Origin: Azolla caroliniana
Lineage: Eukaryota; Plantae; Polypodiophyta
NCBI GenBank assembly: GCA_043228905.1
Contig: JBHGNT010000005.1
Span: forward strand, 22,568,001-22,632,000
Length of the DNA stretch: 64,000 nucleotides
Direction: 5' to 3'
How positions within the stretch are numbered: the first letter of the stretch is position 1; every line of letters begins with the position of its first letter. Below the pieces are notes generated by a model. It made no database searches, was not told the DNA's origin, and was given only the letters and a program-made list of their open reading frames with translations. The position numbers and the translations under genes are program-made. Positions 1 to 13,760 of the stretch are shown here, one piece after another.

Positions 1-240
1 TAGTTAGTGTCAGTCGCACATGTGAGCATTGAAGTACATGTCAATCCTTTATGGACTTGTATAAATAGTGTTGTTTAGCACGTTGTATGTACAGAGTTTT
101 AGAGTTAATTTTTGAATATAGTTTTATGTTTTGCTCTCTCTGTCTCCTCTGTGTTTTTAAGCTTTTCCATTAAACCTTCATCTCATTTTCTGTTGCTATC
201 TGACTGAGCCGGTTCTGTCTGACGCTTCCGCACATTAACA
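1..240 (+). repeat. 3' portion of a Copia family-C LTR, cut by the window edge and abutting the RT region of element C1
   Basis: Aligns by eye to the LTR at ~1661-1943 (shared GGACTTGTATAAATAGTGTTGTTTAGCACGTTGTATGTACAGAGTTTTAGAGT). Ends in ...TTAACA and is followed directly by Copia RT codons (LTISRPDISYPVG). Confidence 0.75.
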
Positions 241-897
241 TTCACAACTTAACAATCTCTCGACCGGACATTAGTTACCCGGTCGGAGTGATCAACCAAT
301 TCATGCAGAAGTCGATCGTCGAGCACCTTCAGTGCGCACACCGGATACTCCGGTATGATAACGGCACAAAGGACCGGGGACTGTTATACCGACATGGTAT
401 AGCTGGGAAGCTAGTCAGATATACCGATGCCGATTGGACCGGTGATGCATCGGATCGTCGATCCATCTCCGGTTACATGTTTTCTCTAGGTAGCACGGTT
501 GTTGCGTGGAGCAGCAAAATGCAGCCAACAGTGGCTCTATCGAGCACTAAGGCTGAGTACCGGGGCGCTACAATGCCACCTGTGAAGCCATTTGGCTTCG
601 GCGACTGCTGCGTGACCTCCGGATTGAGGTACCGACCCCGATCCTGATCTACTATGACAACATGAGCAGCATTCATCTCGCCAAGAACCCTATATTCCAT
701 GTTCAGACAAAGCACATAGAAATGCATTATCGCTTTGTTCGTGAGTAGGTCCTGAGCGGTGAAGTTGAACTTCGGTATGTTCACATGGATCGGCAGGTTG
801 CTGACATCTTCGCCAAGCCGCTAGGATCGGACAAGTTGCAGCATTTTTCGGAGATGCTCGGTATTCAGCATCTCGATGTGCCGCACTTGAGGGGGAG
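241..897 (+). pseudogene. Copia RT C-terminus / RNase H, frameshifted with a stop
   Basis: ORFs 288-647 and 785-973 carry Copia RNase H motifs in different frames. Confidence 0.85.
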
Positions 898-1505
898 AAC
901 AGGAATGGGGATGAATGATGAATGGCACCGGACAAGGAGTCAGAGAGGAAGAAAGAACCAAGGGGGGAGATAAGCAGAAAAAGGAAGCCGAGTCGACCGA
1001 AGGAGTCGGCAGATCCGAACAAGTCGGAGCAAGCGGCAGCAACAGCAGAGTCAAGAAGGATAGAGCCGACCGGAAGAAGGCCAAGACCCGAACGTGGTCC
1101 GATGTGGTGAAAGGCCTAAAAATGGAAGACGAGTTGGAGACTAACAACTCGGACAAGAGTTAGAACGAATCGGAGGAAGCCGATTCGGTTCAAGATTCGG
1201 AGAAGCCAGATCAACTAAAGGCCAACCGGACGAGAAGGCGGCGGAAGTCAACACTGACATGGAGGAACAGATGGATCGACAAGCGCCGGAGTCATAACAA
1301 CGAAGGAGCCAAAATAGGCCTGTTGAGCAGACAAGCCGACCAAGGAGGTCGAGGTGCGCAGTACCGGACGGGTCGTGCGAAGCGGAACTGGACCGGACGA
1401 GGAGCGCGAGCAAGGCGGAACGACGCAAGAAGGAGTCGGGTGGAAGGAACGGCTGCCACATACACTAACACCACGATCCGACCTCAAGTTGAGCTTGAGG
1501 GGGAG

Positions 1506-1799
1506 TGTTGAGCGAGCAAGTTCAACTGGATCCGGATCGGCATCCGGAAGGATGAGCCGGATCGGTATCCGGAAACAACCTGCCAAATCAGAGAGCTGGA
1601 TTTGAGTGCGAACCGGAAGCCTAGTAGTAGCCTAGACTACTAGGTAATCATTGTCTCATACTTAGTGTCAATTGCTCGTATGAGCATTGAAGTACATAGT
1701 ACTTCTGTCAGTCCTTTTGGGGACTTGTATAAATAGTGTTGTTTAGCACGTTGTATGTACAGAGTTTTAGAGTGATATTTTGAATTGAGTTTATGTTCT

Positions 1800-1847
<48 letters not shown>

Positions 1848-1943
1848 ACGCGTATTCTCTGTGTTAAGTTCTCCATTAAACCTTTTCTCATTTTTTGTTG
1901 CTATCCTGCTGAGCCGGTTTGTCTAATGCTTCCGCGCGCTAAC
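1506..1943 (+). repeat. 3' LTR of C1, containing (CT)n
   Basis: Starts TG right after the PPT; contains TATAAATA; homologous to 1-240; 3' end approximate. Confidence 0.75.
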
Positions 1944-2480
1944 TTTTACACTACGGCACCAAATGGGCATAACTAAGAATCAGTCTAATTAAGTCGGACA
2001 CTCAAGATGTTTTTCGAACAATCGACTTCAACAACTCAAGCTTGGTCTTAATTTTCCCAAACTCATCCAGTTCGGCCTTTTGTTTTTTCGAAGTTCACTG
2101 ACTCGAACGAAATTTTCAATTTGTTCGAAAAACCTTGTATCAATCTGTATTGTACATTTATTTCGATTTACAGATTTTCGATGTATACACCCATTACGGG
2201 GGAGTTTTGAATGCGGGTCTCTAATTAACGTATCACATTGTCTCCCTTTGTACACACTCGGTTTAGGCTATTTATGTAAATAGTGAGAATGGCAGTTGCC
2301 CTAAGTTAGTCAGTATATAAATTGACTTTGTAACCTAGCTTTCTAGTTGTTGCAAATATAGTTCATCTTGTGCCTAACGTCTCTCTCTCTCTCTCTCTCT
2401 TGCGTTCTTGTTGATCTTCCTTCTTGATTCTGTTTCTAGTTGCCATCAATCTTCTTCACTGCATCTATTAACGATCTCCT
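1944..2480 (+). mobile_element. Degenerate 3' UTR, PPT and LTR of an A-related Copia element
   Basis: CCCATTACGGGGGAG at 2190-2204 equals the A-family PPT; downstream GGCAGTTGCCCTAAG, GACTTTGTAACCT and (CT)n match the A-family LTR. Right end uncertain. Confidence 0.6.
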
Positions 2481-4733
2481 CACTAAAGAGTGTTGAGATT
2501 GTTCCGCACCTAGACGGTCGCATTCTCAATAACAATGTGCTTCAATGAGCGTGCAATCATGCACAAGATGTGCAATTGAGCTTGACATCTCAACAATTAT
2601 AATGTTACATAGATAATGACAAAACAACTAGATGTAATAACTTATAAGTTACAAGGATAATGGGACTATAGATAGAAATCTTCACAAAGTTATATGAATT
2701 ATGTAATTACGAGAAGATAGAAATCATCACGATATTACATGGATAACGTGACAACAAGAATATCAAAGTCATTACAATGTTTCATGGACTAAAAGGAACA
2801 AACTAATAGAATTATTGGAATATATAGACCAATTTGATAAAATGATGGGTATAAAGTGGTTGTGTACATATCACATAAAACACAATTTTCTTCCCCATTA
2901 GCAAAATTAAGAAAAATAATGTGAGAAACATGGGCAGAATAAATCAATAAGATGTAAACGTAAATGAAGAGAGAGAAAGGTAGAAATCACTATACCAAAA
3001 TTTTGGATAGAAATACTTTTATAACGTGCTAACTTGGGCAGTTATATTTCCTCACGGATTTCTCATGTGTCAGGGAGCATTTACATTTACAATCAACTTT
3101 ATTTCCCCATAGATTTCCCATATGTCGTAAGCATACCTTTATTATAGTTGTGCTACAAGAAACTTTTTGAATTGACTAATAGTCGAATGTTAGAAACTAT
3201 CATAGTTTGAAGACACTAAACTATGAATGCACTGAACCCACTTGCCATGAAGATTCAATGATGACATCATGATAAACATACATGTCTTCACATTTCTTTT
3301 TCGTTCGTGTTTGCACAACACATCCAAAGTGTGGTAATATTAGTGCTACAACCATGGTCATCGATTTGATTTAATGTTATAACTACATCATCTCTACCTT
3401 GCGTTTGTGTAGTACATACAACCAAAATGAAAAAGGGTTTGAATTAATTTCCTCAAAAAATGGGCACTTGTGGTGTTAAGAACATAACCCAACATGACAT
3501 CGTCCCATCAACATGCACAACTTGAATTTTAACACCTTTTTGTTGGCTACTTGTATCCTAACAAAATATGAACGTATCTGTGTATGAACCATATTGTCCA
3601 TGATCATGTATTTCTTCAAAGATTTGATATTAGAATACGCTACACCTCAATAAAGCTTGAAAAGGTTCATTAACTACAATATCTAATAAGCAAAATAACA
3701 TAGCTACCGAAGTTATGATGCAACAAATGTCATAAGCCCAAGAAACAATGAAAGATGCAATATCTACACTCATCTTGACATCAATGCATTTGTAATAATC
3801 TAGAGCACAATATTGTATTCTAGGTTCCGATTCACAATCAAGGATGCAACATGCAATAACTAGCAATACAATAAATTTTAGATACCGACAACTATAATCT
3901 ACATGGTACAAGCCTTGAGCACAAACACAATCTCAATAGATACATGATGGTAATAACCATGCCACACTCCTTTACTAATGTAAATTATGTTTAGTTGCAC
4001 ATGAAGGACATTGCCATGCTTGTCCTTCAAGTGTTAAGATGTGTAAACAGAATGACATAAGAGTAATCTCATTGCGAAGACGCATAAGGTTTCGTGACGT
4101 GACCATGGTGTTAGCCCTCAGGACCAAGATAAAAGGACACAACCACAAGAATACGATGAGACAAAAGGTTAGGTTGGTGGGAGACAAGAGATATGCAAGC
4201 AATGAGGGTTTATCCATAAGTGTTAACATACAGATTCAAGGGGGTTATTGATGGGCCTTAACACAAACGTAAATTAATTAAGGGCCCCGAATAGGGTATA
4301 CGATGCGAGATTGGAAATGTAAAGCTTGTTATCATATTATCACGAACATAGATAAATGGACAAATCGTATGGACATCTTATGTTACATTATTCCCTGGTC
4401 CGGTACTTTTGGAGCAGGGTTGGGAGTAGACTACGATGAGGTCCGGAACTGGGGCCAGATTATTATCTGGTCGCCGGAGCACCTGACTGGATCGTGTCAG
4501 TAAACAACGAGCGGGGCTGTCCTTTTTTTCCACTGTTTTTTAATGATTGATGACCAGCCTCCATCTTCTGTTCCCCCACCCCAGCATTATATATATGTAT
4601 GTGTATCTACAACAAACCACCAGCCATGCTTAAACGGCCTCAGCTCCGGTCAATTAATTTAAATGGGCGACCCGGACAAAAGGCAGCTTGTCCGGACATA
4701 ATAATGGGGGCAAATAAGTGCCCGGGCATTTAA

Positions 4734-5540
4734 TCAGAATTGGTCGCCCTCGAACGTCTGGCCGAAGCTCCACCCCGCCGGCGCCGCGTCGTACGACGTC
4801 AGCGTCCTGCCGTCGCTCGTAGTCACCGCGAACGACAGGCTCTGCCCGTCCAGCTGCGCGTTGCTCTGCCAGTTCTGGCCCCAGTTCCGGCTCATGGCCA
4901 TCCACCCCGTCCGGGAGCCCTTGACGGACACCGCCGTCACGTCGCCTGCACCGCCCACGTTGGTGATGAGCACCAGGTTGAAGTAGGAGTGGCCGTTGAC
5001 GGTGAAGCGGATGCCGCCCTTCTTGGCGCAGGCCACACGGCGGTAGAGCACCGGCACGATGCCGCCGCTGTACACCCCGATCTTCTCGAACGCCGGCTGC
5101 GCCATGTCGAAGTGCTCCCGCGGAGGGTTGCACCAGCCGCCGGCGTCGCTGGATTGGGCGGGGTTGGGCGGGCAGAAGTTGGTGGCGGTGACCACCACGC
5201 TGGAGGCGCCGCCGCCAACGCACCACTTGGGGTCGGCGGCGGCGTCGCACTTGATCTCGAAGCAGGCGCCGCAGCTGAGGCCGGCATTGAAGAGCGCGGT
5301 GCTGAGAGCAGCGGTTTCGGTGCCATAGCCGGAGGTGTAGAGGTCGCCGTAGCCGCAAGCGCCGCCCATGGTGCCGGAGGCGTCGCCGCCTCCATAGAAG
5401 GTGGCGTGAGCAGAGCTCCAGGCGGCGCCAGCACCGTATCCTGCAGGTGAAGCGGTGGCGGCGATAGGAAGAATTACTAAGGAGAAGTAGGCGGCGAGTC
5501 GGAGTCCGAGGAGGAGGAAGGACAAGCTGAAGGAAGGCAT
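4734..5540 (-). CDS. EXPA: Alpha-expansin, copy 1 (268 aa, intronless)
   Basis: Hydrophobic signal peptide, then [42 protein letters not shown], and a C-terminal domain with [12 protein letters not shown] and WSFGQTF. ATG at 5540 preferred over the non-ATG start at 5630. Confidence 0.95.
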   Translation of the reverse strand: MPSFSLSFLLLGLRLAAYFSLVILPIAATASPAGYGAGAAWSSAHATFYGGGDASGTMGGACGYGDLYTSGYGTETAALSTALFNAGLSCGACFEIKCDAAADPKWCVGGGASSVVVTATNFCPPNPAQSSDAGGWCNPPREHFDMAQPAFEKIGVYSGGIVPVLYRRVACAKKGGIRFTVNGHSYFNLVLITNVGGAGDVTAVSVKGSRTGWMAMSRNWGQNWQSNAQLDGQSLSFAVTTSDGRTLTSYDAAPAGWSFGQTFEGDQF

Positions 5541-5741
5541 GGTGTTGGCAAAAGAAAGCACAAACAAAGGTTTGTTCAAAGGAAGGCGGTAAAGGAAGAA
5601 GGAAGGGGGAGTACTACTAGTAGGGGACACTTCTTCTTGGGCTAAGGAAGGCGGTGTTGTGTGGACATATATTTTGATTTGGATGGTGTTTCTGTGTGGA
5701 CATATGATAATGCTTGGTCATGAAAAGGTTTTGAGTTTTTT

Positions 5742-5748
5742 ATTTATA
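5742..5748 (-). promoter_or_regulatory. Putative TATA box of EXPA copy 1
   Basis: TATAAAT on the minus strand ~200 bp upstream of the ATG. Confidence 0.4.
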
Positions 5749-8526
5749 AGTCCAATGTCTTGGAGCCAATATCTTTTTGTGAAAGGGGGTGTGTGTGGGG
5801 TTGGTCTCCAAACATGCAAACCAACCAGGTGCAAGTTGGACATGTTGTTCATTAACATACACCAAACACACTAGTAATATGGTCCCCCACCCCATTTATG
5901 AAGGCCACATGTCATGCCTCCTCTTGGCGATCCGGAAGAGAAAACACACAAGCTACTTGCCGCCCCCCCCCCCCCTTTTGTCTTGTACCCTACTTTATCG
6001 TTTATTAACATCCCTCCCGGTGTCTTATCTTTGCTTGCTCAACCCACCATGCATTTTTAATGTGTTGATGTATAGTGTCGTTACGGTTTTGACGGAGTGG
6101 GGGCATGGACTATTTGCAAACACCCATCATGCACATGAAGTTGCTTCTCATTGTATTGCTACAGTTTCGACATCAGGAAGCATTTGATCGCAAGCACACC
6201 ATGGGGACATGAAGCTAGTTGCAAAACAATAGTTTTTATACATTGAATCTCAACATTTAGTACGTTTCGACATAAGCATTATGGCTTGGGTAAACATGAT
6301 GTTGCGGTACTGTAGACTTTGGGTGAAGGTGCCCCTTAGGATGCTAGTGCTATACGAGTGTGAACAACTGACACTAAAGTGTAGACAATATGATTCATTC
6401 ATTTCGACGTATAACTGTATCGTGTCATTGTTGTTAGAAGGGTAATTGCTCTCAAACACCCATTGTGGGAGGAACTTTGCTTGAATACAAATTGTTGGTG
6501 AAAAGTTGTAATTTAACTTTCACAAAAGACATTTCTGCAAAAGTATTTGATGTACTAAAAGTGATGCAATTATGATCACTGGCATTCAATACTACAATCG
6601 CTTCGAATTAGGTGGCCCTACCTACAATACTATGTGAAGGTTAGAGTAGTGCGAGCAAACATTATTGTCATCCTCTGGTACTGAGAACAATTAATAGAGA
6701 AATAATTTACTAATAAGCTACAAACATTAACAAGACTATAGATATCATATGATTTTACTAGGTTTTTGTTTCACTAGGGCTTTCAAAAAACTAGATTATC
6801 TCTCTAAAAGATGATACTAAAAAACGGAGACAATGCTAATAAGATATCGATGACAAGGAAGCTATGTTTAACATCGACAACAAGATTACTTTAGAACACA
6901 TTTATTCAAAGACATGAGAATGAAGTTAATTTGAGGTTCTTAGAAATAGTAAGGCACACCAACAATAACATAATGACTCTATTAACATACATAATGAGTA
7001 AGAGAATGTAGTTTAGAGAGGATTCAAGATTAATAAAACAATGAAAAATACAAGGGCGTAGAGTGTGTTGAATAGGTACGTTAAATAAATGTAATTTGTC
7101 AAGATAGAAAGCTTCACCAACTTTGGGGAAATTAATTTAGTAGTAACAAGTGAATGATTGTAATTTGTTACCCCAATGTTTGGTAACAATCTACTCTAGG
7201 GGAGCATTAAAGAAGGTAGGATGTGTATAATCCAAATGTGTTCAAAAGGACTTTCGAGACATTAAGAAAGTAGTCGTGGGTCGCTTGTGACATTCAAACT
7301 TTTGATCATACAATTTCTTCGAGGTTTTCGAAATGTAGACAATTGTTCCTTAATATTCTTTGCAAAAAAATTTGCAAAAAATGGTGGGAAAAGTTATAGT
7401 TGGATTGTGGGAATGTGGAACTAAAACACGATAAGTGCTAAAAATCGTGTGCTAGGATCCTCCATAACGACAATGATTTGTACTTTAGATACCTTTGGAA
7501 TGATGTTACAATTACTCCTTCAATAAACTTTTCCTTCTTGGATACATTGTTAGCGTAGAACCCTCCCCAAAACTGATTGTGCTATTGGACATATGATGTC
7601 ATATGTTGACAAGTGCATGTGCTAGGCATGAACTATGTGTTGGTGACACATTTCGAGGCAAGGATCACGAAGGCAGAGGATGGGACCTTGACATCATTTT
7701 CTCTACTTTCATTCATTAATATGTAAACTCAAAGGCTCGAAGAACTTCTATTGCTCTATGATGCATCCATCATATAGTGGTTATGTAATGATCACATGCA
7801 AAGATATGTACATGCGATTGCATATTGGCTTTACTTAATTACATGGTATTAATAGAAGAAACGATATAGAGTATCCTTGATCATGTGCCCAAGGTTATGA
7901 ATGGAAATGTATAAACATTGATTGCCACCAAGATAAGTAATCTTGTCAAGCACACATATATTTATGATCTAAGAGGAAAATTAAATCTAGATATAGGTTG
8001 GAAGGGGAGGGCTTTTGGCTAACCATGGTTTGGTCAAAACATTAGTATAACTTAATTATGTGCACTTCTTCCTCCCTCTCCTCTATAGAGTCTACAAAGT
8101 GACTGAGTCTTGAAATTATAACACTCCTACACGGAGAGGCAACAACGAGACAAGCAATTGAAGCAGCGAATCAGAATCGAAACCAAATCCAAAGAGAGGA
8201 CGAATTAATTAATTAGATAGGGGAAGAAACGAATAGAGAAATGGTAGAAGTACATGGATCGAGAAATAGTGGTGCGGAACGTCTTTCCCATTTTGGGAGG
8301 AGGGACGTTGGGGTCCTTATTTTCCGATCAATGGGAAAGAGGTGGTGTGTGTTTACAAATGTGATGTGTGCCGGCCAGCCGGGCAAGCGGGCTGTTTGTT
8401 TGATATACATACAATATATATATATATATATATAAAACCAGCCTCAGCTCCGGTCATTTAAATGGGTGACCCGGACAGAAGAAAGCTTATCCGTGCATAT
8501 AATTGGGCAAGTGCCCGGACATTTAA

Positions 8527-9324
8527 TCAGAATTGGTCGCCCTCGAACGTCTGGCCGAAGCTCCACCCCGCCGGCGCCGCGTCGTACGACGTCAGCGTCC
8601 TGCCGTCGCTCGTGGTCACCGCGAACGACAGGCTCTGCCCGTCCAGCTGCGCGTTGCTCTGCCAGTTCTGGCCCCAGTTCCGGCTCATGGCCATCCACCC
8701 CGTCCGGGAGCCCTTGACGGACACTGCCGTCACGTCTCCCGCGCCGCCCACGTTGGTGATGAGCACCAGGTTGAAGTAGGAGTGGCCGTTGACGGTGAAG
8801 CGGATGCCGCCCTTCTTGGCGCAGGCCACGCGGCGGTAGACCACCGGCACGATGCCGCCGCTGTACACCCCGATCTTCTCGAACGCCGGCTGCGCCATGT
8901 CGAAGTGCTCTCGCGGAGGGTTGCACCAGCCGCCGGCATCGCTAGATTGGGCGGGGTTGGGCGGGCAGAAGTTGGTGGCGGTGACCACTACGCTGGAGGC
9001 GCCGCCGCCAACACACCACTTGGGATCGGCGGCGGCGTCGCACTTGATCTCGAAGCAGGCGCCGCAGCTGAGGCCGGCATTGAAGAGGGCGGTGCTGAGG
9101 GCGGCTGTGTCGGTGCCGTAGCCGGAGGTGTAGAGGTCTCCGTAGCCGCAAGCGCCGCCCATGGTGCCGGCGGCGTCGCCGCCGCCGTAGAAGGTGGCGT
9201 GGGCGGAGGTCCAGCTGCCGGGCAAGGATTGAGCGGAAGCAATGACACTGTGATGGAGTAGAAAGCAGGCTATGAAAGTGATGAAGATGAAGTGAGGAGG
9301 AATTAGGGCCATATGGTGTGCCAT
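8527..9324 (-). CDS. EXPA: Alpha-expansin, copy 2 (265 aa, intronless)
   Basis: Same expansin motifs (GGACGYG, HFD, conserved Cys/Trp) and a signal peptide; continuous ORF. Confidence 0.95.
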   Translation of the reverse strand: MAHHMALIPPHFIFITFIACFLLHHSVIASAQSLPGSWTSAHATFYGGGDAAGTMGGACGYGDLYTSGYGTDTAALSTALFNAGLSCGACFEIKCDAAADPKWCVGGGASSVVVTATNFCPPNPAQSSDAGGWCNPPREHFDMAQPAFEKIGVYSGGIVPVVYRRVACAKKGGIRFTVNGHSYFNLVLITNVGGAGDVTAVSVKGSRTGWMAMSRNWGQNWQSNAQLDGQSLSFAVTTSDGRTLTSYDAAPAGWSFGQTFEGDQF

Positions 9325-9520
9325 TAGAGATTCTTTCGTCTCACTACGGCCTAGGATCGACCTCAGAGCGAGGAGCTGGGAGGATCCTACGGCCGAAGAT
9401 TAACACAAAAGGAACTCTACTGCAGAAGATTAACACACAAGGAAGACCCGAGGAAGGGGTTTGGATGAGATTTTAAAGCCTATGAGTTGTGAGAGGAAGA
9501 GGAAGGGGGGTTGATCCTTA

Positions 9521-9527
9521 ATTTATA
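9521..9527 (-). promoter_or_regulatory. Putative TATA box of EXPA copy 2
   Basis: TATAAAT in the context TATAAATTA(A)GGAT, shared with copy 3. Confidence 0.5.
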
Positions 9528-11740
9528 ATGAGTGTGGTTTGCCAATGTTAGAAAAAAAAGAATAGAGGACAAGTGGTGAGTTAGAGAGGGGGCTAAGTGT
9601 CTTGATAGCCCCATTTGGGTGGGGCCGAGGGGGGTGGTGGTGGGGAACACTTCGACGATTGACTCTCAACACATCGGCTCATGGGCATATGGTCGTCACA
9701 TTGAGGGCCATATGGGCACTCACTAACTAACTAGAGTGTGCCAAGTTGTTTCATGTCGGTTTTCCATTCACGAGTCTGAGTCGAGGTATTACAAGGACCC
9801 CCTTGTTGGGAAAGTAGTTAAGAGTATTACAAGGAGATCCTTACCTGGCAAAGTAGCCGCCATCATCTAATTTATTTATTTTTGGCCCAGATGGGGAGGG
9901 CAGGTGGTGGACCATATGTTTCCAGTTGTCCCCGTCCATATAATGTTTTTCGACATCATCATACAATGTATCTCATGTACATACGGAGTCTAGACTTTCA
10001 CTAGGTACCTTTTGTCCCTACCCTCAACCTTTTGAACATGGTGTATGTCAGTCTTTTTGGTGACTTGTGTGGCTTCTACACACCTTTGCCCTACTTCAAT
10101 ATGGCCCACTTTACCAAGATGATAGAACTTATATATATATATATATATATAGCTCATGGTATATAGCTCACGAAACCTTATCATAATAGATGCACTAGGC
10201 TAATTGTCTCAATGTTTTATCATAACATTTTACCTTATTTTCAAACATCCTCACATGGTGTGTCAGTGCACCTTCAAAATCTTATCTGCTTTGACATGAA
10301 TCTTGCAACTTTTTAAGGGTGGTTTAGGCAAAACTATGTTCTTTGTTACCATTTGACAATGCTAGAATTTATAACGAAACAATTGTATGAATGATGACTA
10401 TTGTGTATCCTTGTTCACCATGGCCTGGTTTATTGTTTGGACCATCTTAGGGCTTACCAAATTAAATTATCCATTGTTAAGTAAGCATGGCAACCCAATG
10501 TCATAATCGGAGTTCAGTGTAAATAATACTTGTAATATTTATTCAACCTATTCAATTCACTACTCATAAGGCTCCATGTCCAACTCTAGAAAGGAGTAAG
10601 ACTAGGTTGAATCTTAGACACTATTTGAGTAAAATTGGAATATTGGAAGTGGTTCACATTTTGTTTATTTCATGGTATAAGTTTTGCAATTTATGCTTCT
10701 AACATTACTTGAATTTTTGTTACAACTTAGAATCACATGGCCTCAAGTTACATAGATAACTTTGTGCATGTAGGTAAATACTTGAGATATTTTGGAGAAC
10801 CAATTGCAATAACTACACTAGGAAATATCTCCATAAATGCAAGTATAACATAGTGGTAATCTTATAACATCACAAAAATATCGTTGTGTCGTGTGGTCCT
10901 TGAACATTTGCAACTTACATGTACTTGCACTAGAAGACCCTTTAATGATTGAATATGCAGACAAGAAATAATCATGGACTGTTCTACACATCATAACTTG
11001 ACCATTCTAGACCAGTCACGAGCCCACTTTCACTGAAAACACTCAAATTGGGTCAGAAAACTTCACACATCCTCATAGATTGTGGTCCATATATAATCTT
11101 AGTATTCAAGTAGCAGAATGTTTTTGTTGGAACACAAAATTATGATGAAAACAAGGAAAAAATAGAAATGGGCATGAGACTTGAAAACATTTGATGGAGG
11201 TGTGCAACTATTAAAAATATTGGTGGCCAAATTAGAATATCAACATACAATTATATAAGCGATACACACAAAGTTGTAGGTCAAGTTGGAATAGTTCTAA
11301 CACATCTTGTTTCACGAGATACACTAAAAGGCAAATGCACAAAGGAGTTCACTTAATCTAAATATTTTACGATATACAAGTTCATTGAGCATTTGTCTCA
11401 CGGCGTGCATACATATTCGTTTAATTGATGTATAATTTTGCTTTTGCATATATTTCATGGTTGTAGTGCGAAAACCAAAGGGAATAATACGAAATTGGTA
11501 GTTTCAAAATGACTATGCACTTTTTGTTGGATTTAGGATAACCCCAATTTAATGTAATCCCTCGAGACCTAATGATCGTAGATCATGACTATGAAATAGG
11601 AGACAGACAGATGTCAAGATTAGCAAAATACCACGACACTCAAGTTCACTATGAGATAAATCATAACATAGATTCAATCCACAACATAAGAAATGGTGAC
11701 TTCATTATTCACATTAGTAGGTACAAGAGCATATATGTGT

Positions 11741-11771
<31 letters not shown>

Positions 11772-11949
11772 TATATAGAGAGAGTTTCTACTTCCTCCAA
11801 TAAAGAAAATTGTCACATTAGTGCTCCCCTCAACTTTCCTAGATATGCTTTGACTCCATGCCTCCCATCAAGTACAAAAGCATTGCACACACCATCCACC
11901 TTGCAATGCACACACTTAAAACTAACATGTGGCTACGAAACCTTGGTAG

Positions 11950-11980
<31 letters not shown>

Positions 11981-13299
11981 CTGTCTCATAGATCGCAATC
12001 TCCCGTTTAAAAAAAATAAAAACTCCTTCCATTAGTTACAAAATTTTACAAATGAGAATGTTATATACAAATCCGAGTTGGGATGCAATAGTTCCATGAT
12101 TACTTCCATCTTATATGGAGGCCCACTAACTTAAGAAAGGGAGAGGACGATCATTGTTGGATGAAGGCTAATCGTTGTCTTTTGGCTCCATCGGTTCCGC
12201 CCGTGAGGCCATTGTATTGGTTCATTCGTGTGGCTACAACTTCAATCCACATCTCCTAATGCACAGTTTGATTGGAGAAGACCCGCCTACACTGTTGTTT
12301 CCAGAGAATCGAAATTATTATTGGGCAAACCAATTCCAACATGACTCGAGCTTTGGCATTAATAGGAGTTGAATGGGTATTGTCGGCGGTGGAAAACGAG
12401 ATCTCTTGTGCCTTTATCACCAATGTCATGCCCTCCTCCTGATGTTCGTATTCGTCAACTAGGGCCTGCCATGATAACCAACATACATTCCCCCACTTGA
12501 TTGTGCCTTGCACATTGCACCAACATGTTGTTATTTCAAAAATCCCCTGTCAACCAAGTTACTATAATGTACCATCATGTTGCCCAATGAACTTAGGATG
12601 CCTTTGCTCACTTTTACACTCCCCTTCAAGTTTAAGTTTTTTTGTTTTCCGACCTTGTGTCTCTCTTCTCTCTTCTCTTCTCTCATATACACACATAACA
12701 CACACCTCTCCAATCTACTTCTACACTACATAATTACACTCGTAATTATTCACGACTTATGGAACTCATTGTTGAAGGAGGAGGATGGTGTCATGAGAAT
12801 ACAAAATATTACAAAATTTAGGGCACTTGAACTAAGGCTTTAGACTTTAATAAGCATACCCCTTCAATAAGCACCTTAGTTATTAAGCATTGAATCATGC
12901 ATGAGCTACTTGAAAACACCCATTGAGCTTTGTTACGTTGAGCAATATTGTTACTTGATGATTATCAAACATGGTGAAACCACCCATTAACGGACCATTG
13001 CATTATTATGCATTTGTTATAGCACATTATATGATAGTTACACATTATTATATGAAAAGTATGCATGATTACTAAGTGATAAATATGAATGATAACCAAG
13101 TGACAAGCATCCATGATATTTGGGCGGTAACCATGCATAAGACTAGGAGTGTAAATAGAGAAGATCCCAATGCTACCAAAGCATTTTGGTTCAGTACTAT
13201 TCTTCGGCATAACCTTGTATCTCATGTTCTTGTCTATATATAAATTCCTTTTCCATGTTGTCATTTATACTTAATTTGTCTTCAGTTTTGCCCTTAGAA

Positions 13300-13760
13300 T
13301 GAGCCAATAATAACATGGCAATTGTCATAGAGTGATTAAACTCACACCTCTTCTAGAATCCTCCCTTTATTTCTGAACATTCTATTGATCTCCATTCACT
13401 CTACTCATGTTTGTGTTCTTGCTCAACCCCCTAGTGAGCATCGTTGAGTCTTCCAAAGTCTTATCATGTTGTAAACAACAAACTTGTCGTTTTGCTACCA
13501 CTTGGGTAACCAAAAATTCAACATAATCCATGGAGACCTAAAGACATTGGCATGGTGTCGCGGTGTTAGCAATATCACATTGGCACAACCTAATGACATT
13601 TCTTCCAAAAGATACGGCATGTAATGGCCATTCATAGCTTTGCAAGTTTGCAATTGGTAGCGATCATCAATTCCCATCGAAATTATACAAGGGTCGTACG
13701 ACCCATAGATAGTTGTGTTGATGGGTCCATTCTCGTTCATTATTTATGAGCATTGTAATT
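13300..13760 (-). mobile_element. Possible highly degenerate Gypsy integrase / 3' remnant
   Basis: Minus strand encodes VSMDYVEFL, similar to the Gypsy integrase W..VSMDF motif, with purine-rich AAAGGGGAGGA downstream. Weak. Confidence 0.25.

Larger units (their letters stand above)
241..1943 (+). mobile_element. Ty1/Copia element C1, 3' part (RT end, RNase H, 3' extension, PPT, 3' LTR)
   Basis: YTDADWTGDASDRRSISGY, WSSKMQPTVALSSTKAEY and QVADIFAKPL motifs; PPT CTTGAGGGGGAG at 1494-1505 followed by TGTTG. Confidence 0.85.

Noticed and set aside
2480-4600. Short ORFs in AT-rich intergenic DNA (also 5.7-8.4, 9.4-14.4 and 15.8-17.7 kb)
   Set aside because: No recognisable domains; probably decayed TE or non-coding DNA that I cannot classify by eye.
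5541-5630. 30-aa N-terminal extension of expansin copy 1
   Set aside because: Non-ATG start; the ATG at 5540 gives a normal signal peptide and a length matching the paralogues.
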